DNA from: Pseudomonadota bacterium
Lineage (GTDB): Bacteria; Pseudomonadota; Alphaproteobacteria; Paracaedibacterales; CAIOTO01
Reading direction: 5' to 3'
Assembly (NCBI GenBank): GCA_040387495.1
Contig: JAZKDQ010000003.1
Coordinates: 124,001-188,000, forward strand
DNA: 64,000 bases
Shown here one piece after another: positions 20,411 to 33,046 of this stretch. Made by a program: the position numbers and the translations under genes. The stretch's first letter is position 1. Each line of letters begins with the position of its first letter. Below the pieces are notes generated by a model, which saw nothing but the letters and a program-made list of their open reading frames with translations, was not told the DNA's origin and ran no database searches.

Positions 20411-21175
20411 ATGAAGGTAAATAATTTTTCAATTTTGGCGGTCAGCATTTCTGTCTTTGCTTTGTGTGTAAATAATGCTTATTGTGCTGTGGCTACAACC
20501 ACAACTCCGTTTCCACCAATTGTTTTTACTGCATCTCCACCATTAGTGGATCAAGCTGCTGCTAAAGCTGCTGCTGATGCTGCTGCTAAAGCTGCTGCTG
20601 ATGCTGCACAACAAGCTGCTGCTGATGCTGCACAACAAGCTGCTGCTCAGTCTGCAGCTAATATTTCTCCACCTGCCGTTCCCCAACCTGTCGTTGATCC
20701 AAATGCAGCTACTGCCGCCGCACAAGCCGCCACTGATGCTGCTGCGAAGGCTGCTGCTGATGCTGCTGCACAACAAGCTGCTGCTGATGCCATAAAAGTC
20801 GCTGCACAAAAAGCAGAAGCTGATGCAACTGCTGCTGTTGCTTCGGCACAGGCAGCATTAGCAGGTATGAATGCAGATGCTAAAACAGTAAGTATATTAA
20901 AAGACGGTGCAAATACGGCTGTAAATCAAGCGTTGGCAAAAGTACAGTCTGACGCAGCAACGACCGTTGCTAAGAAAGTTACGGATGCTGCTGCAATAAT
21001 TCAAAGCGCGCTTAGTACTATTAACGCATCAGCACAAGCAGCACTAGGCGATCCTGTTGTGGCAAAAGCTGTCGCAGATGTAACGCAAGCCAAAGCAACT
21101 GCTGATGGAATAGTTGCCGCAGTAAATACTGATGTAGCAGCTGCTCTTTCCATTATTCCAACAAAGCCTGCTTAA
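20411..21175 (+). CDS. secreted Ala-rich helical repeat protein
   Basis: GAGG SD, signal peptide, AAAKAAADA and AQQAAADA repeats. Confidence 0.85.
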   Translation: MKVNNFSILAVSISVFALCVNNAYCAVATTTTPFPPIVFTASPPLVDQAAAKAAADAAAKAAADAAQQAAADAAQQAAAQSAANISPPAVPQPVVDPNAATAAAQAATDAAAKAAADAAAQQAAADAIKVAAQKAEADATAAVASAQAALAGMNADAKTVSILKDGANTAVNQALAKVQSDAATTVAKKVTDAAAIIQSALSTINASAQAALGDPVVAKAVADVTQAKATADGIVAAVNTDVAAALSIIPTKPA

Positions 21176-21200
21176 TTAAATAAGGTAATATTTTAATATA

Positions 21201-21237
21201 AATGAGATTGTTCTTGTATGAATGATCTCGTTTTTTA
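21201..21237 (+). terminator. probable intrinsic terminator
   Basis: tgagattgttc...gaatgatctcg stem with GU pairs, plus T run. Confidence 0.6.
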
Positions 21238-21280
21238 TTGTGTGTTTGTCGAAATACACTGAATGAATCTACTTTGTTAG

Positions 21281-23506
<2,226 letters not shown>

Positions 23507-23570
23507 TGCAAAGCTTGAGGTGGTTATCCTCAGGCTTTGAGCCAGAGATTCATTTTAATTCCTGTGAATT

Positions 23571-24062
23571 CTACTTCATCCGCTCAGCTATAATTGCACG
23601 GCGTGCAAGCATATCTGCTTTTTCATTTAAAGGATGACCATCATGCCCCTTAACCCATTCCCAAGAAATTTTCTTTTTTTGTGCACATGAATCAAGCTCT
23701 TCCCAAAGATCTTTGTTCTTTACGGGTTCATTTTTTGAATTCATCCAGCCGCGTTTTTTCCAACCAATGATCCATGAAGTAATTCCATTTTTTACGTACT
23801 GGCTATCTGTGTATAAAGTCGCTGAAAAGTCTGTGGGTAATGCCTTGATTGCCTCAATTGCGGCCTGCAATTCCATACGGTTATTTGTTGTAGCTGGATT
23901 TCCACCAGCGATCGTTGTTTCTTTCTCATCTTTAGAAAATACTGCGCCCCAGCCACCTGGGCCTGGATTTCCGCTACATGCACCGTCAACATAAATATCA
24001 ATATTTTTTGTAGACAGAGATTCGAAGAATTGAGCAAAGCGTACATCAGACATTATTTTCAT
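23571..24062 (-). CDS. rnhA: ribonuclease HI
   Basis: DGACSGNPGPGGWG, TTNNRMEL, TDSQYV, VKNKDLW, WVKGH. Confidence 0.97.
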   Translation of the reverse strand: MKIMSDVRFAQFFESLSTKNIDIYVDGACSGNPGPGGWGAVFSKDEKETTIAGGNPATTNNRMELQAAIEAIKALPTDFSATLYTDSQYVKNGITSWIIGWKKRGWMNSKNEPVKNKDLWEELDSCAQKKKISWEWVKGHDGHPLNEKADMLARRAIIAERMK

Positions 24063-24081
24063 TTTCCATTAGTATTAGGCA

Positions 24082-24714
24082 TTAAAACAGAGAATCAGGC
24101 ACGAGTTTTTCATCATTAAGACGAATGGTTTCGGGATTTAATTCAACCTCCGTTATGTTACCTTGTGGATCTAAAATTTTCCACCGTAAAAGACGACAAT
24201 TGTTTTCTAATGTAAAATTAAGTGTGAGAGTGCCACCATTCTCATCATCGTTGTGCGCTAAAATCACCTGCACATCATTATCAACCTGGCGTGAATCAAT
24301 CAGCTTAACATCCTTTTCAAAATCAAGCTGCGGTTTTAAAATCAAACTTGCGGGTGTCATTGAAACAGGATATGCGCCAACAGCACCGTCAGTTAAATCA
24401 ATGAGCAGCACTTCAGATTTTTTGATCAAGAGTTGTTGTTTGTAATCAGCTTGGTAATCAACACGAAGTTTTGCTTGGTTACCTTTTCCTTTCTTAAGAT
24501 AAAGTTTTCCATTTATATGTTTGCCATCAGGGTTAGTTTGTTTGATATCGGCTACAATAATGTGAATTGAATTCCAATACAGCGTGATCTTTGTTAATGC
24601 CTCAGGAGTTACTTTTTTGTATGTTATTTCTGGAACCGTAATGGACGCAGGTTTAATTGCATTGCATTGTACAATCACTAAGCATAAAAAAATGAATGGT
24701 TTCATAAATAACAT
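24082..24714 (-). CDS. LolA-like outer-membrane lipoprotein carrier
   Basis: ADIKQTNPDG..GKLYLKK..KLRVDY..YPVSMTPASLIL..W.ILDPQGNITEV resembles alphaproteobacterial LolA. Confidence 0.7.
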   Translation of the reverse strand: MLFMKPFIFLCLVIVQCNAIKPASITVPEITYKKVTPEALTKITLYWNSIHIIVADIKQTNPDGKHINGKLYLKKGKGNQAKLRVDYQADYKQQLLIKKSEVLLIDLTDGAVGAYPVSMTPASLILKPQLDFEKDVKLIDSRQVDNDVQVILAHNDDENGGTLTLNFTLENNCRLLRWKILDPQGNITEVELNPETIRLNDEKLVPDSLF

Positions 24715-25983
24715 TTATTTTTGCTTCTGGCTAAAGATTGAAGCAATTTTTTGACCAATACGCTTTATAAATCCAGCGCGTTCTATATCTGCTTCTGCAA
24801 TGAGATCAAAAATAATTGGTTCTTTAAATGCTGGGCACGTGACAGTAATTTTGCCGAGTGTCATGCCGCTTGTAACAGGTGCTTCAATTGATTCAGTAAG
24901 TTCGACTGTTGTTTTAACTTCATTTTCAAAAGTTCTTGGAATGGTTATAAGAAAGGCACTGCGTGCAACAGCATTTACATGATCAGCTGTTCCGTATGTA
25001 ACTGGAATCTTTCCCAGAACTTGCTGAGCTGTTGCTATTGTTTTATTTGTGAATGTACGAAGACCCCATGTGATAAGTTTTGTAGCCTCATTAGCACGTG
25101 CCTGCATACTTTTGAGGCCATTAATCACCAGAATAACGCGTCTGCCATCTTGCAGGCTGGAGGCAACCATTCCGTATCCTGCAATTTGTGAGCTGCCTGT
25201 CTTAATGCCATCGCAACCAATATTTTTGTAGAGTAGGGGATTTCTGTTACCTTGTTTTATGTTTCCGTATGAAAATTCTTTTTCACTGTACATAGGGTAG
25301 TAATCTGGTTGATCTTTGATTGCATGCGTTGAAATAATAGCAAGGTCTTTTGCTGTTGTTTGGTGTTCAGGTAAAGGAAGCCCACTTGCATTCACAAAAT
25401 TTGTTTGCTTGGCTCCCATCTCACGTGCACGACGCGTCATTTCGCTGGCAAAAGCTGCTTCGCTTCCAGAAATATTTTCGGCAAGCGTTACGCTTGCATC
25501 ATTCCCTGATTGAATAATAAGGCCTTTAAGCAGATCCTCAACTTTTACCTGATCATTAATGTTTAAAAACATGGATGATCCTTCAAGTCGCCAGCCATTT
25601 TTACTTACTGTAAAAACTGAATCCTTTTTGATAACACCTGTCTTGATTTTATCAATAACAAGATAAGCCGTCATAATTTTGGTCATAGATGATGGATGTA
25701 TGGGTGTTTCTGCGTTTTTTTCAAGTAAAACTACGCCTGTATCGTAATCAATCATATACGTTTCACGTGCAAGGACATCTATATCAAGCGGCAAACCAAC
25801 AAATGGCGTTGTGGCTGGGACTGCTGATTCATAAGATTTTGCATTGGCATTTTCCTTATTATTTTTCGCTGTCTCTGCATTTGCAATAGGCTTTGCGTTT
25901 TTTTTAGCGGCTGCAGTGTCACTTAACGATAATGACAGCAGAAAACTTAATAAAATAGGTGCGAAGTAAGCTTTTAGAAACAT
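24715..25983 (-). CDS. D-alanyl-D-alanine carboxypeptidase (PBP5/6 family)
   Basis: PSSMTKIMT (SxxK), QSGNDA (SxN), GIKTG (KTG). Confidence 0.95.
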   Translation of the reverse strand: MFLKAYFAPILLSFLLSLSLSDTAAAKKNAKPIANAETAKNNKENANAKSYESAVPATTPFVGLPLDIDVLARETYMIDYDTGVVLLEKNAETPIHPSSMTKIMTAYLVIDKIKTGVIKKDSVFTVSKNGWRLEGSSMFLNINDQVKVEDLLKGLIIQSGNDASVTLAENISGSEAAFASEMTRRAREMGAKQTNFVNASGLPLPEHQTTAKDLAIISTHAIKDQPDYYPMYSEKEFSYGNIKQGNRNPLLYKNIGCDGIKTGSSQIAGYGMVASSLQDGRRVILVINGLKSMQARANEATKLITWGLRTFTNKTIATAQQVLGKIPVTYGTADHVNAVARSAFLITIPRTFENEVKTTVELTESIEAPVTSGMTLGKITVTCPAFKEPIIFDLIAEADIERAGFIKRIGQKIASIFSQKQK

Positions 25984-26160
25984 GTATGTGATACCCTTTT
26001 GGCAGTGATATAGTGAAATGAATATACTAAAAAAACACCCATCATTGATAAAAGTCAAGGGAAAGATTTATTTCTTTTGAAGTAGATTGCAAACCACAAC
26101 AATGGTGCTAAAATATCAAAAACTAATCAAGATTATTTAACTTTTTTGAGGTAACGAAAA

Positions 26161-26907
26161 ATGATGAAAACTGAAAACATTAAACCTATACATATTCTTT
26201 TTTTAGGCTTGGCCATAAGCATAGGCCCTGGTTTGGGGGGATTTTTCATAGGAAAAGCCATTGATCGCTTTAAAACAGGTAGCAAATCTGTATCTGTTCG
26301 AGGATTAGCTGAACGTGTCGTTGACTCAGATAAAAGTCAGATTTTTATTACTATTCACGAAAAAACAGATGACATTGCTTCGACGGCGAAAAAAGTTCAA
26401 GAAGAAGCTCTTGATGTTAAAAAGATGCTTATAAGTTCTGGATTTAAAATGGAAGAGATAAAAGATAATGTTGATATTGAAGAGGAAAGATTGCCGTATT
26501 CAGATAGTGAAAAAACTTTTTACAAAAAATATAGCTATAAATTGACATTGTCGATTGATCTTTATGATAAATTAGCAATTAAAAGATTTCAGGAAGATTT
26601 GCTAAAAATTAATACGACAGGCAAAATGCTGAATGTAAAACCATCGGTAAAGCATGAGTTTACGAAGCTTGAAGAAATTCGTGCACCGATGCTTGCTGAA
26701 GCTACAAAAAGCGCACGGGCAATGGCAGATCAATTTGCCAATGATTCTGGTACACGTGTAGGGGGCATTCAAAATGCAGCTCAAGGAACTTTTTCAATAA
26801 TCGGAGAGAAAGATAGTTCAAAGTCAGAACATTATAATCATGATACACCTGGTAGTTTTAAAAAGCGTGTTCGCGTTGTGAGTAATATTACCTTTCGATT
26901 GGATTAA
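26161..26907 (+). CDS. SIMPL/DUF541 domain protein
   Basis: SVSVRGLAERVV, MLAEATKSARAMADQFANDSG..VGGI..A.QG.FSI, KRVRVVS. Confidence 0.85.
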   Translation: MMKTENIKPIHILFLGLAISIGPGLGGFFIGKAIDRFKTGSKSVSVRGLAERVVDSDKSQIFITIHEKTDDIASTAKKVQEEALDVKKMLISSGFKMEEIKDNVDIEEERLPYSDSEKTFYKKYSYKLTLSIDLYDKLAIKRFQEDLLKINTTGKMLNVKPSVKHEFTKLEEIRAPMLAEATKSARAMADQFANDSGTRVGGIQNAAQGTFSIIGEKDSSKSEHYNHDTPGSFKKRVRVVSNITFRLD

Positions 26908-27035
26908 GAGTGTATCTTTTTCAACTATTTAGGTGTTTTGGTGACATGCGTGTGGTGTGTTAGGAAATTATTTTTAATTTATGACACATTTAGGCTAGAC
27001 ATTCTCCTCATAACTTGCTAAAAAATAATGGTGAT

Positions 27036-27111
27036 GCCGATTTAGCTCAGCTGGTAGAGCAACTGATTTGTAATCAGTAGGTCGTGGGTTCGACTCCTAC
27101 AATCGGCACCA
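27036..27111 (+). tRNA. tRNA-Thr(TGT)
   Basis: Cloverleaf gccgatt...aatcggc-acca, anticodon loop ttgtaat, GGTTCGACTCC. Confidence 0.97.
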
Positions 27112-27288
27112 TTTAAACTGCGGATTTTTTAAGGATTCAACGTTTTCTCGAAAAGGTCAGTACTTTTATGGTGCTGTTTTTTTTTGAGTTATAACTTCTT
27201 AGAAAGCACCTCACACCAGTTTATTAACGTTAATAATTTTTATATTAAAATAAGAAGTATCATTCTCCTTCAGTTTGAGAATAATTAC

Positions 27289-27373
27289 GCGGCCGTGGCG
27301 AAATTGGTAGACGCGCAGCGTTGAGGTCGCTGTGAAGCAATTCATGGAAGTTCGAGTCTTCTCGGCCGCACCA
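27289..27373 (+). tRNA. tRNA-Leu(GAG)
   Basis: gcggccg...cggccgc-acca, anticodon loop ttgaggt, long variable arm. Confidence 0.97.
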
Positions 27374-27677
27374 ATTTAAATTACCCCCTTATGAGCTTCT
27401 CTTCTAAAGACTTCTTTTCCTTCTTGCACTTTTCAAAAAATATCATTAACAGGCATACAAGAGCCCCAATATATTTAATAAAAAAATATGGGTGATACAG
27501 AAGAGCTGGATGAAAAGTTGATGACCTTGATCACTGTCTTAGCTGTCAATTCGAGTATTTTGTGCTGTCTCAAAAGTTAGAAAAATAAGTTGAACTGAAC
27601 CAATTACTCATAAAACAGGTTAATTGGTTCCGTTTCATCTGAGAAAGATGAATAAAGTTCTTCACTTATTTAGCTTT

Positions 27678-28400
27678 TTAAACGCATTGCTCGTTAGTAA
27701 CAGCTTCTTGTGCTTTTTCTTTAGCTTTCCTCTTAGCCTGACTCTCTACATGCCATGTTGCTGCAATGCGTTTGCGTCTCTCCTTAAGTGCTTGGCGCTT
27801 AAATGCTTGTTCCTGAGTGCCAGCTTCGTTTTCCTTCTTTCGTTCTCCTGCATGTTCTTTCTGTTGCTCTTCTACAATCCCAAACTCACTTCCATTAAGA
27901 TCATAGCGTTTGCCATTCTCCTGTAATGATTTTTGATACTGCGGTTTGCTGGTATACATCCGAATTGCATCACGAATGGCTGTTTTAGAAGGAATTTCTA
28001 ACCTAGTTTCTGCTTCTGAAATTGCACTTATTCCTGTTGCATGTGCACTCTTATGTGCGTCAATCCAATCTGAAATGTCATGGGTTGTGCCAATTTTCAT
28101 TGGAAGGCAATCTTGTTCTTTAAACAGGTTGGGAAAGACATCGTGCAACCAAAGGAGTGCCGCATTTACGCGTTCGCTTTTAGTTAACAGGATGTGTTTT
28201 TCTTCACCACTTAGTTTGACTCGTGGTGCTCGCGTAGGTTTTGATGCTTCATTTCTTTGGTGTTGATGAAATGGATTTTCTTGATCATTTTTAGAGAAAG
28301 TGCTTTGTACTTCTTCCTTGCGATCAGCTGTTTTGGAAAAAATACGCTTTGGTGTTTTTGATACATATTTCTTTGTTTTTTTCTTGATGTTGGGTTCCAT
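27678..28400 (-). CDS. ProQ/FinO-domain RNA-binding protein
   Basis: FPNLF..LPMKIGT.HDI..AIRMYT..PQYQKSL..GKRYDLNG..GIV..QQKEHA. Confidence 0.85.
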   Translation of the reverse strand: MEPNIKKKTKKYVSKTPKRIFSKTADRKEEVQSTFSKNDQENPFHQHQRNEASKPTRAPRVKLSGEEKHILLTKSERVNAALLWLHDVFPNLFKEQDCLPMKIGTTHDISDWIDAHKSAHATGISAISEAETRLEIPSKTAIRDAIRMYTSKPQYQKSLQENGKRYDLNGSEFGIVEEQQKEHAGERKKENEAGTQEQAFKRQALKERRKRIAATWHVESQAKRKAKEKAQEAVTNEQCV

Positions 28401-28875
28401 TTTTCATTCTTCCTTATGGTATTTGTATTCAGCAATGCTAAATGATCATATTTTTCTTAATTGTTAAAGGTATGTTTTATTCACGGTGTTCTTGTCTACT
28501 TTTATGCTTAATAGTTTTGATTGCATTGCGCATCTTCATGAATTGGACACTTATTTCAAAGTTCCTGTTTATTGAAATTTGATGTTGACTCATTAACTAG
28601 ACGCACAAGGCCTAATAGAACTATTCCATTATAATGGTAACTGAGTTTAGTTGTAGGTCATTACGTAGCTTGATGTCAAATAAACCCACTCTCTTAGGGT
28701 ATTGCACTCCATTTTAGAGCAGGTGGTGAGTTTTGTATCCATATAGATTTGCATGCTTTATTGAAGGAGTACCCGTCACATTTACAGATTTACCCGAAGA
28801 TGTAAAAATAAAATGTATTAATGTTTCTTTTTAGTTTATATAAAAGGTATAAGGTGAAATTTCGGTGAATGTAGC

Positions 28876-30342
28876 ATGCAAATAAATTTTGATAATACGT
28901 ATGGAAATTTACCTAAAAATTTTTATACACAAATAAAACCTACTCCTGTTGTAAATCCGCACCTTATATTATTTAATTGGCCGCTAGCATGTGACCTTGG
29001 ATTAAATGTGGAAAGAGAAGAGCTCCAAAAGATCGCAGATGTATTTTCGGGTAACTTAGTCCTGGAAAGTTCTAACCCACTAGCTCTTGTTTATGCAGGG
29101 CATCAATTTGGTTATTTTGTTCCTCAGCTGGGGGATGGCCGTGCTGTCTTGCTGGGAGAAGTCGTGAACACGAGTGGGGCACGTTATGATATTCAACTAA
29201 AAGGTTCTGGAAAGACGTCTTATTCCCGGGGCGGTGATGGTCGGGCTACACTTGGGCCTATGCTGAGAGAATACATAGTCAGCGAGGCTATGCATGGCTT
29301 GGGAATAAAAACTACTCGTTCTTTGGCACTTGTCACGACAGGTGAGCCTGTTTTTAGAGACACCATTCTTCCCGGAGCGATTTTAACACGCGTGGCATCA
29401 AGCCATATTCGTGTGGGCACGTTTGAATATTTTGCAGCACAGAAAGATTTTGAATCACTCAAAATATTAGCTGACTATGCGATCAATCGGCATGCCCCGC
29501 ATGCAAAAGATTCTAAAAATCCCTACTTCTCATTTTTAGAATTTGTATTGGATATGCAAACATCACTGATTGTTGATTGGATGAGGGTTGGCTTTATTCA
29601 TGGGGTGATGAATACCGATAATACAGCCATTTCCGGAGAAACGATAGACTATGGCCCTTGTGCATTTTTAGATGAATACGTGCCAGATAAAGTTTTTAGC
29701 GCAATTGATAGTTATGGCAGGTACGCGTTTAATAAACAGTTTAGCATCGGCCTGTGGAATTTTATTAAACTTTCAGAAACGCTTGCATTTCTGCTGTCTA
29801 CTGAGCTGAAAGCATCTGCAGCAATTATTAAGGAGTTAGAGCGCCTCTTTATAGAAAAGTTTCATGAAAAATATTTAGAAATGATGGCTCATAAAATAGG
29901 AATTTTCATTCCTGATGAAAAAGATGGCCAGCTTATCCAAGATTTATTAAACATCATGGAAGAAAATTATCTCGATTATACATTAACGTTTAGGCACCTT
30001 ATTCAAAACACTGGTCAAAGTTCATGGGCACTCCTTAAGGACTTTGCTGTTCCTCGCGGTTTTCAGCAATGGATTGAAGTTTGGAAAGTACGGTTGGTAA
30101 GCCAGGGGGTAACACATGACGAAGTGGTGGCACTCATGGCTGCACAAAATCCTATCCTTATTCCACGAAATCATAGAATTGAGGAGGCAATTGATTTTGC
30201 AGTTGAACATAATGATTTTTCAAAAGCGAATAGATTGATTAAGGCTTTCTCCGATCCATATAAAAACAATGAAGAATTTATAGATCTTGGGCAACCACCA
30301 ACTTCTCAGCAGCGAGTTTATCAAACATTTTGTGGCACTTAA
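28876..30342 (+). CDS. selO: SelO/YdiU protein adenylyltransferase
   Basis: YAGHQFG..QLGDGRA, QLKGSG, DGRA, GFIHGVMNTDN, TIDYGP, PRNH, terminal FCGT. Confidence 0.95.
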   Translation: MQINFDNTYGNLPKNFYTQIKPTPVVNPHLILFNWPLACDLGLNVEREELQKIADVFSGNLVLESSNPLALVYAGHQFGYFVPQLGDGRAVLLGEVVNTSGARYDIQLKGSGKTSYSRGGDGRATLGPMLREYIVSEAMHGLGIKTTRSLALVTTGEPVFRDTILPGAILTRVASSHIRVGTFEYFAAQKDFESLKILADYAINRHAPHAKDSKNPYFSFLEFVLDMQTSLIVDWMRVGFIHGVMNTDNTAISGETIDYGPCAFLDEYVPDKVFSAIDSYGRYAFNKQFSIGLWNFIKLSETLAFLLSTELKASAAIIKELERLFIEKFHEKYLEMMAHKIGIFIPDEKDGQLIQDLLNIMEENYLDYTLTFRHLIQNTGQSSWALLKDFAVPRGFQQWIEVWKVRLVSQGVTHDEVVALMAAQNPILIPRNHRIEEAIDFAVEHNDFSKANRLIKAFSDPYKNNEEFIDLGQPPTSQQRVYQTFCGT

Positions 30343-30487
30343 TAAAATCACACAAAGATAGGCACATTTTAAATGCCTCTTTTGATTTATTCTCTCATGA
30401 ATCTATGTATCACGTACTTTTTATTCTATAGCCATATAGGGGAAAACTATGCTAGAAAGTACTATGTATATAAGATAAGAGGCAGTC

Positions 30488-31297
30488 TTGGTGTCCTTTC
30501 CACACATTAAAATAAATAATAATTTCATACTTGGATTAATGATTGCTAGTTTTTTAACAGCGTGTTCCGATAAAGATGAAGCTTATGTTGATCTTCCTGT
30601 TGAAGATTTGTATAGCCGTGCCCAAGTACGCCTTACTGAACGTAGCTACACAAAGGCCGCTAAAGCATTCGCAGAAGTAGAACGTCAGCATCCTTATTCA
30701 AATTGGGCGTTGAAAGCGCAAATTATGTCTGCATATTGCTATTACGAAGCAAAGAAATATGATGAAGCAATCGATGCATTTCAAATTTTTATCCAGCTAC
30801 ACCCTGGGCATGCGGACGTGGCTTATGCGCATTACATGATTGGTCTTTGTTTTTATGAACAAATCCCTATTCTTGAGCGGGACCAACAACCATCTGAAAA
30901 AGCAATGAATGCTTTTAACGAAGTGCTTAATCGATTCCCAACCTCGATTTATGCAAAAGATGCTCGGTTTAAAATTGATTTGATCAAAGACCATACAGCG
31001 GCTAAAGAAATGGACGTTGGTCGTTATTATCTAACGAATGGTTCATATGTAGCAGCGATTAATCGTTTTAAAACGGTTGTTGAAAGTTACCAAACAACAG
31101 CTCAAGCAGAAGAGGCTTTGTTCAGACTCGTTGAATGTTATCTTGCTGTTGGCGTAAAAGATCAAGCTATAGCAACAGCTGCCGTGTTAGGGCATAATTA
31201 TCCAAATGGACAATGGTATAACAGTGCTCATGCTTTGTTAAATCCAGTTGTGTCTACCGATTCAGCTGCAGGTACGTTACCTAAATCAACTGCATAA
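30488..31297 (+). CDS. bamD: outer membrane protein assembly factor BamD
   Basis: Lipobox LTAC, EVERQHPYS, RDQ, FPTSIYAKDAR, AAINRF; upstream of recN. Confidence 0.93.
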   Translation: MVSFPHIKINNNFILGLMIASFLTACSDKDEAYVDLPVEDLYSRAQVRLTERSYTKAAKAFAEVERQHPYSNWALKAQIMSAYCYYEAKKYDEAIDAFQIFIQLHPGHADVAYAHYMIGLCFYEQIPILERDQQPSEKAMNAFNEVLNRFPTSIYAKDARFKIDLIKDHTAAKEMDVGRYYLTNGSYVAAINRFKTVVESYQTTAQAEEALFRLVECYLAVGVKDQAIATAAVLGHNYPNGQWYNSAHALLNPVVSTDSAAGTLPKSTA

Positions 31298-31307
31298 AGG
31301 ATATGCG

Positions 31308-33014
31308 ATGCTAACAGGGCTTTCGATCAATAATATAATTTTGATTGATCAGTTACACTTAGATCCATTACCTGGTTTCACGAGTCTTACAGGTGAAACC
31401 GGTGCTGGTAAATCTATTTTGTTGGATGCTTTAAGTCTTGCATTAGGGCATAAAGCTGATCCTGATACGATTCGTATTAATTCTGAACAAGCCAGCGTTG
31501 TGGCCACGTTTTCGTTGCAAAATTTTCAAGTAGGTCACCCACTTTTCCAATTGCTCAATGAACACGATATTTCCTTTGATGATGAACTTTTGTTGCGACG
31601 TACATTACACCGCACGCAAAAGGGTAAAGCATTTTTAAATGATCAACCTGTGAGTGTTGCTTTGCTTAAACAGGTTGGTGATCAGTTATTGCATGTGCAC
31701 GGGCAGCATGATCATTTATTGAATGAGGCGTTGCACAAGGCTTTGTTAGATGATTTTGCAAAGACCACATTTACCGATTTCAATGATTCACTTAATGCTA
31801 CTACAGGCGCTTATATGGATTGGCTAGCTGCCCACAAGGCGTTAAGCGAGTTTGAACAAACGCTTGAAAGACTGCGTGATCAAGAAGTGTTTTACACAGA
31901 AGTTCGCGCTGACTTAAGTGCACTTAAGCTGACATATGGGGAAGAAGATCGGTTGATCGAACAACGGCTTGGTCTCCAGCAACTTGGTAAAGTTATTTTA
32001 ACTGTTGAACAAACGTTGAAAAGTCTTGAAACACCGACGTCGTGGGTAACGACGTTGTATGGTTTTCAGAAAAATCTTGAACGATGCGATGCTGATTCAA
32101 TTCAGCCACTTAAAAATGCTGTACAAGCGCTTGAACGGGCAGGGATTGAAATTACCGAAGCTCAAAGCGAACTTAAATCACTCTTTGATGCGGATAGAAC
32201 GGCTGTACGCGATCTTGAATTGATTGATGAGCAGTTGCATCTTATTCGTACATTTGCCCGTAAATACAAAAGGACAAGCGATGGTTTATGTGATTTGCTT
32301 GAAGAAGCGCAAAAAGCAGCGCTTGGGGCAGATGATGTCTTGCTTGAGCGGAAAAATCTTGAAAAAGCGTTGAATGACGCCCTAACGCATTATAATGCGA
32401 TGGAAACTATCTTGTATAAGAAACGTTTCGAGGCAGCCGAACAATTAGCAAAACATGTTATGGCAGAGCTGCCTGATTTAAAGTTGGATCGTGCTACGTT
32501 TGAAGTACGCATTAAACAGTCGGAAAAGCCAGCGCCGGATGGCGGTCATTACGTGGCCTTTTGGGTGTCAATGAACACAGGTCAAGAATGTGCACCGCTT
32601 GCTAAAACAGCATCAGGTGGGGAAATGGCGCGTCTTATGCTGGTTCTAAAAATGATTATTGTAAAAACAACAACCATGCCAACGCTTATTTTTGATGAAA
32701 TTGATACCGGCGTCGGCGGGGCAGTTGCAACAGCGATTGGGAAAAAATTGCATGCGCTTGGCCGTTATGTGCAAGTATTATCAATTACGCATTCGGCGCA
32801 AGTCGCAGCGTGTGCGAATCATCAATGGCGCATTTTCAAAACAGAAGAAAATGGTATGACCCGAACTCATGTAATAACACTAACACAAGATGATCGTGTA
32901 GATGAAATTGCACGTATGTTGTCGGGCGCAACGTTGACAGGCGAGGCCCGCTTAGCCGCTATGCGTCTTATGACGGATGAGAGTGGTGCGGCTATTGCTG
33001 AGCTGCTGGGATAA
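31308..33014 (+). CDS. recN: DNA repair protein RecN
   Basis: TGETGAGKSILLDAL, HGQHD, ASGGE, FDEIDTGVGG, EIARMLSG. Confidence 0.96.
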   Translation: MLTGLSINNIILIDQLHLDPLPGFTSLTGETGAGKSILLDALSLALGHKADPDTIRINSEQASVVATFSLQNFQVGHPLFQLLNEHDISFDDELLLRRTLHRTQKGKAFLNDQPVSVALLKQVGDQLLHVHGQHDHLLNEALHKALLDDFAKTTFTDFNDSLNATTGAYMDWLAAHKALSEFEQTLERLRDQEVFYTEVRADLSALKLTYGEEDRLIEQRLGLQQLGKVILTVEQTLKSLETPTSWVTTLYGFQKNLERCDADSIQPLKNAVQALERAGIEITEAQSELKSLFDADRTAVRDLELIDEQLHLIRTFARKYKRTSDGLCDLLEEAQKAALGADDVLLERKNLEKALNDALTHYNAMETILYKKRFEAAEQLAKHVMAELPDLKLDRATFEVRIKQSEKPAPDGGHYVAFWVSMNTGQECAPLAKTASGGEMARLMLVLKMIIVKTTTMPTLIFDEIDTGVGGAVATAIGKKLHALGRYVQVLSITHSAQVAACANHQWRIFKTEENGMTRTHVITLTQDDRVDEIARMLSGATLTGEARLAAMRLMTDESGAAIAELLG

Positions 33015-33046
33015 TTATTTTAAGAAAATAATTATATTATTATTTA

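Noticed and set aside
27379..27530. Short minus-strand frame (..IGALVCLLMIFFEKCKKEKK..) resembling a type I toxin next to proQ
   Set aside because: No convincing start codon or SD before the hydrophobic stretch; cannot be supported.
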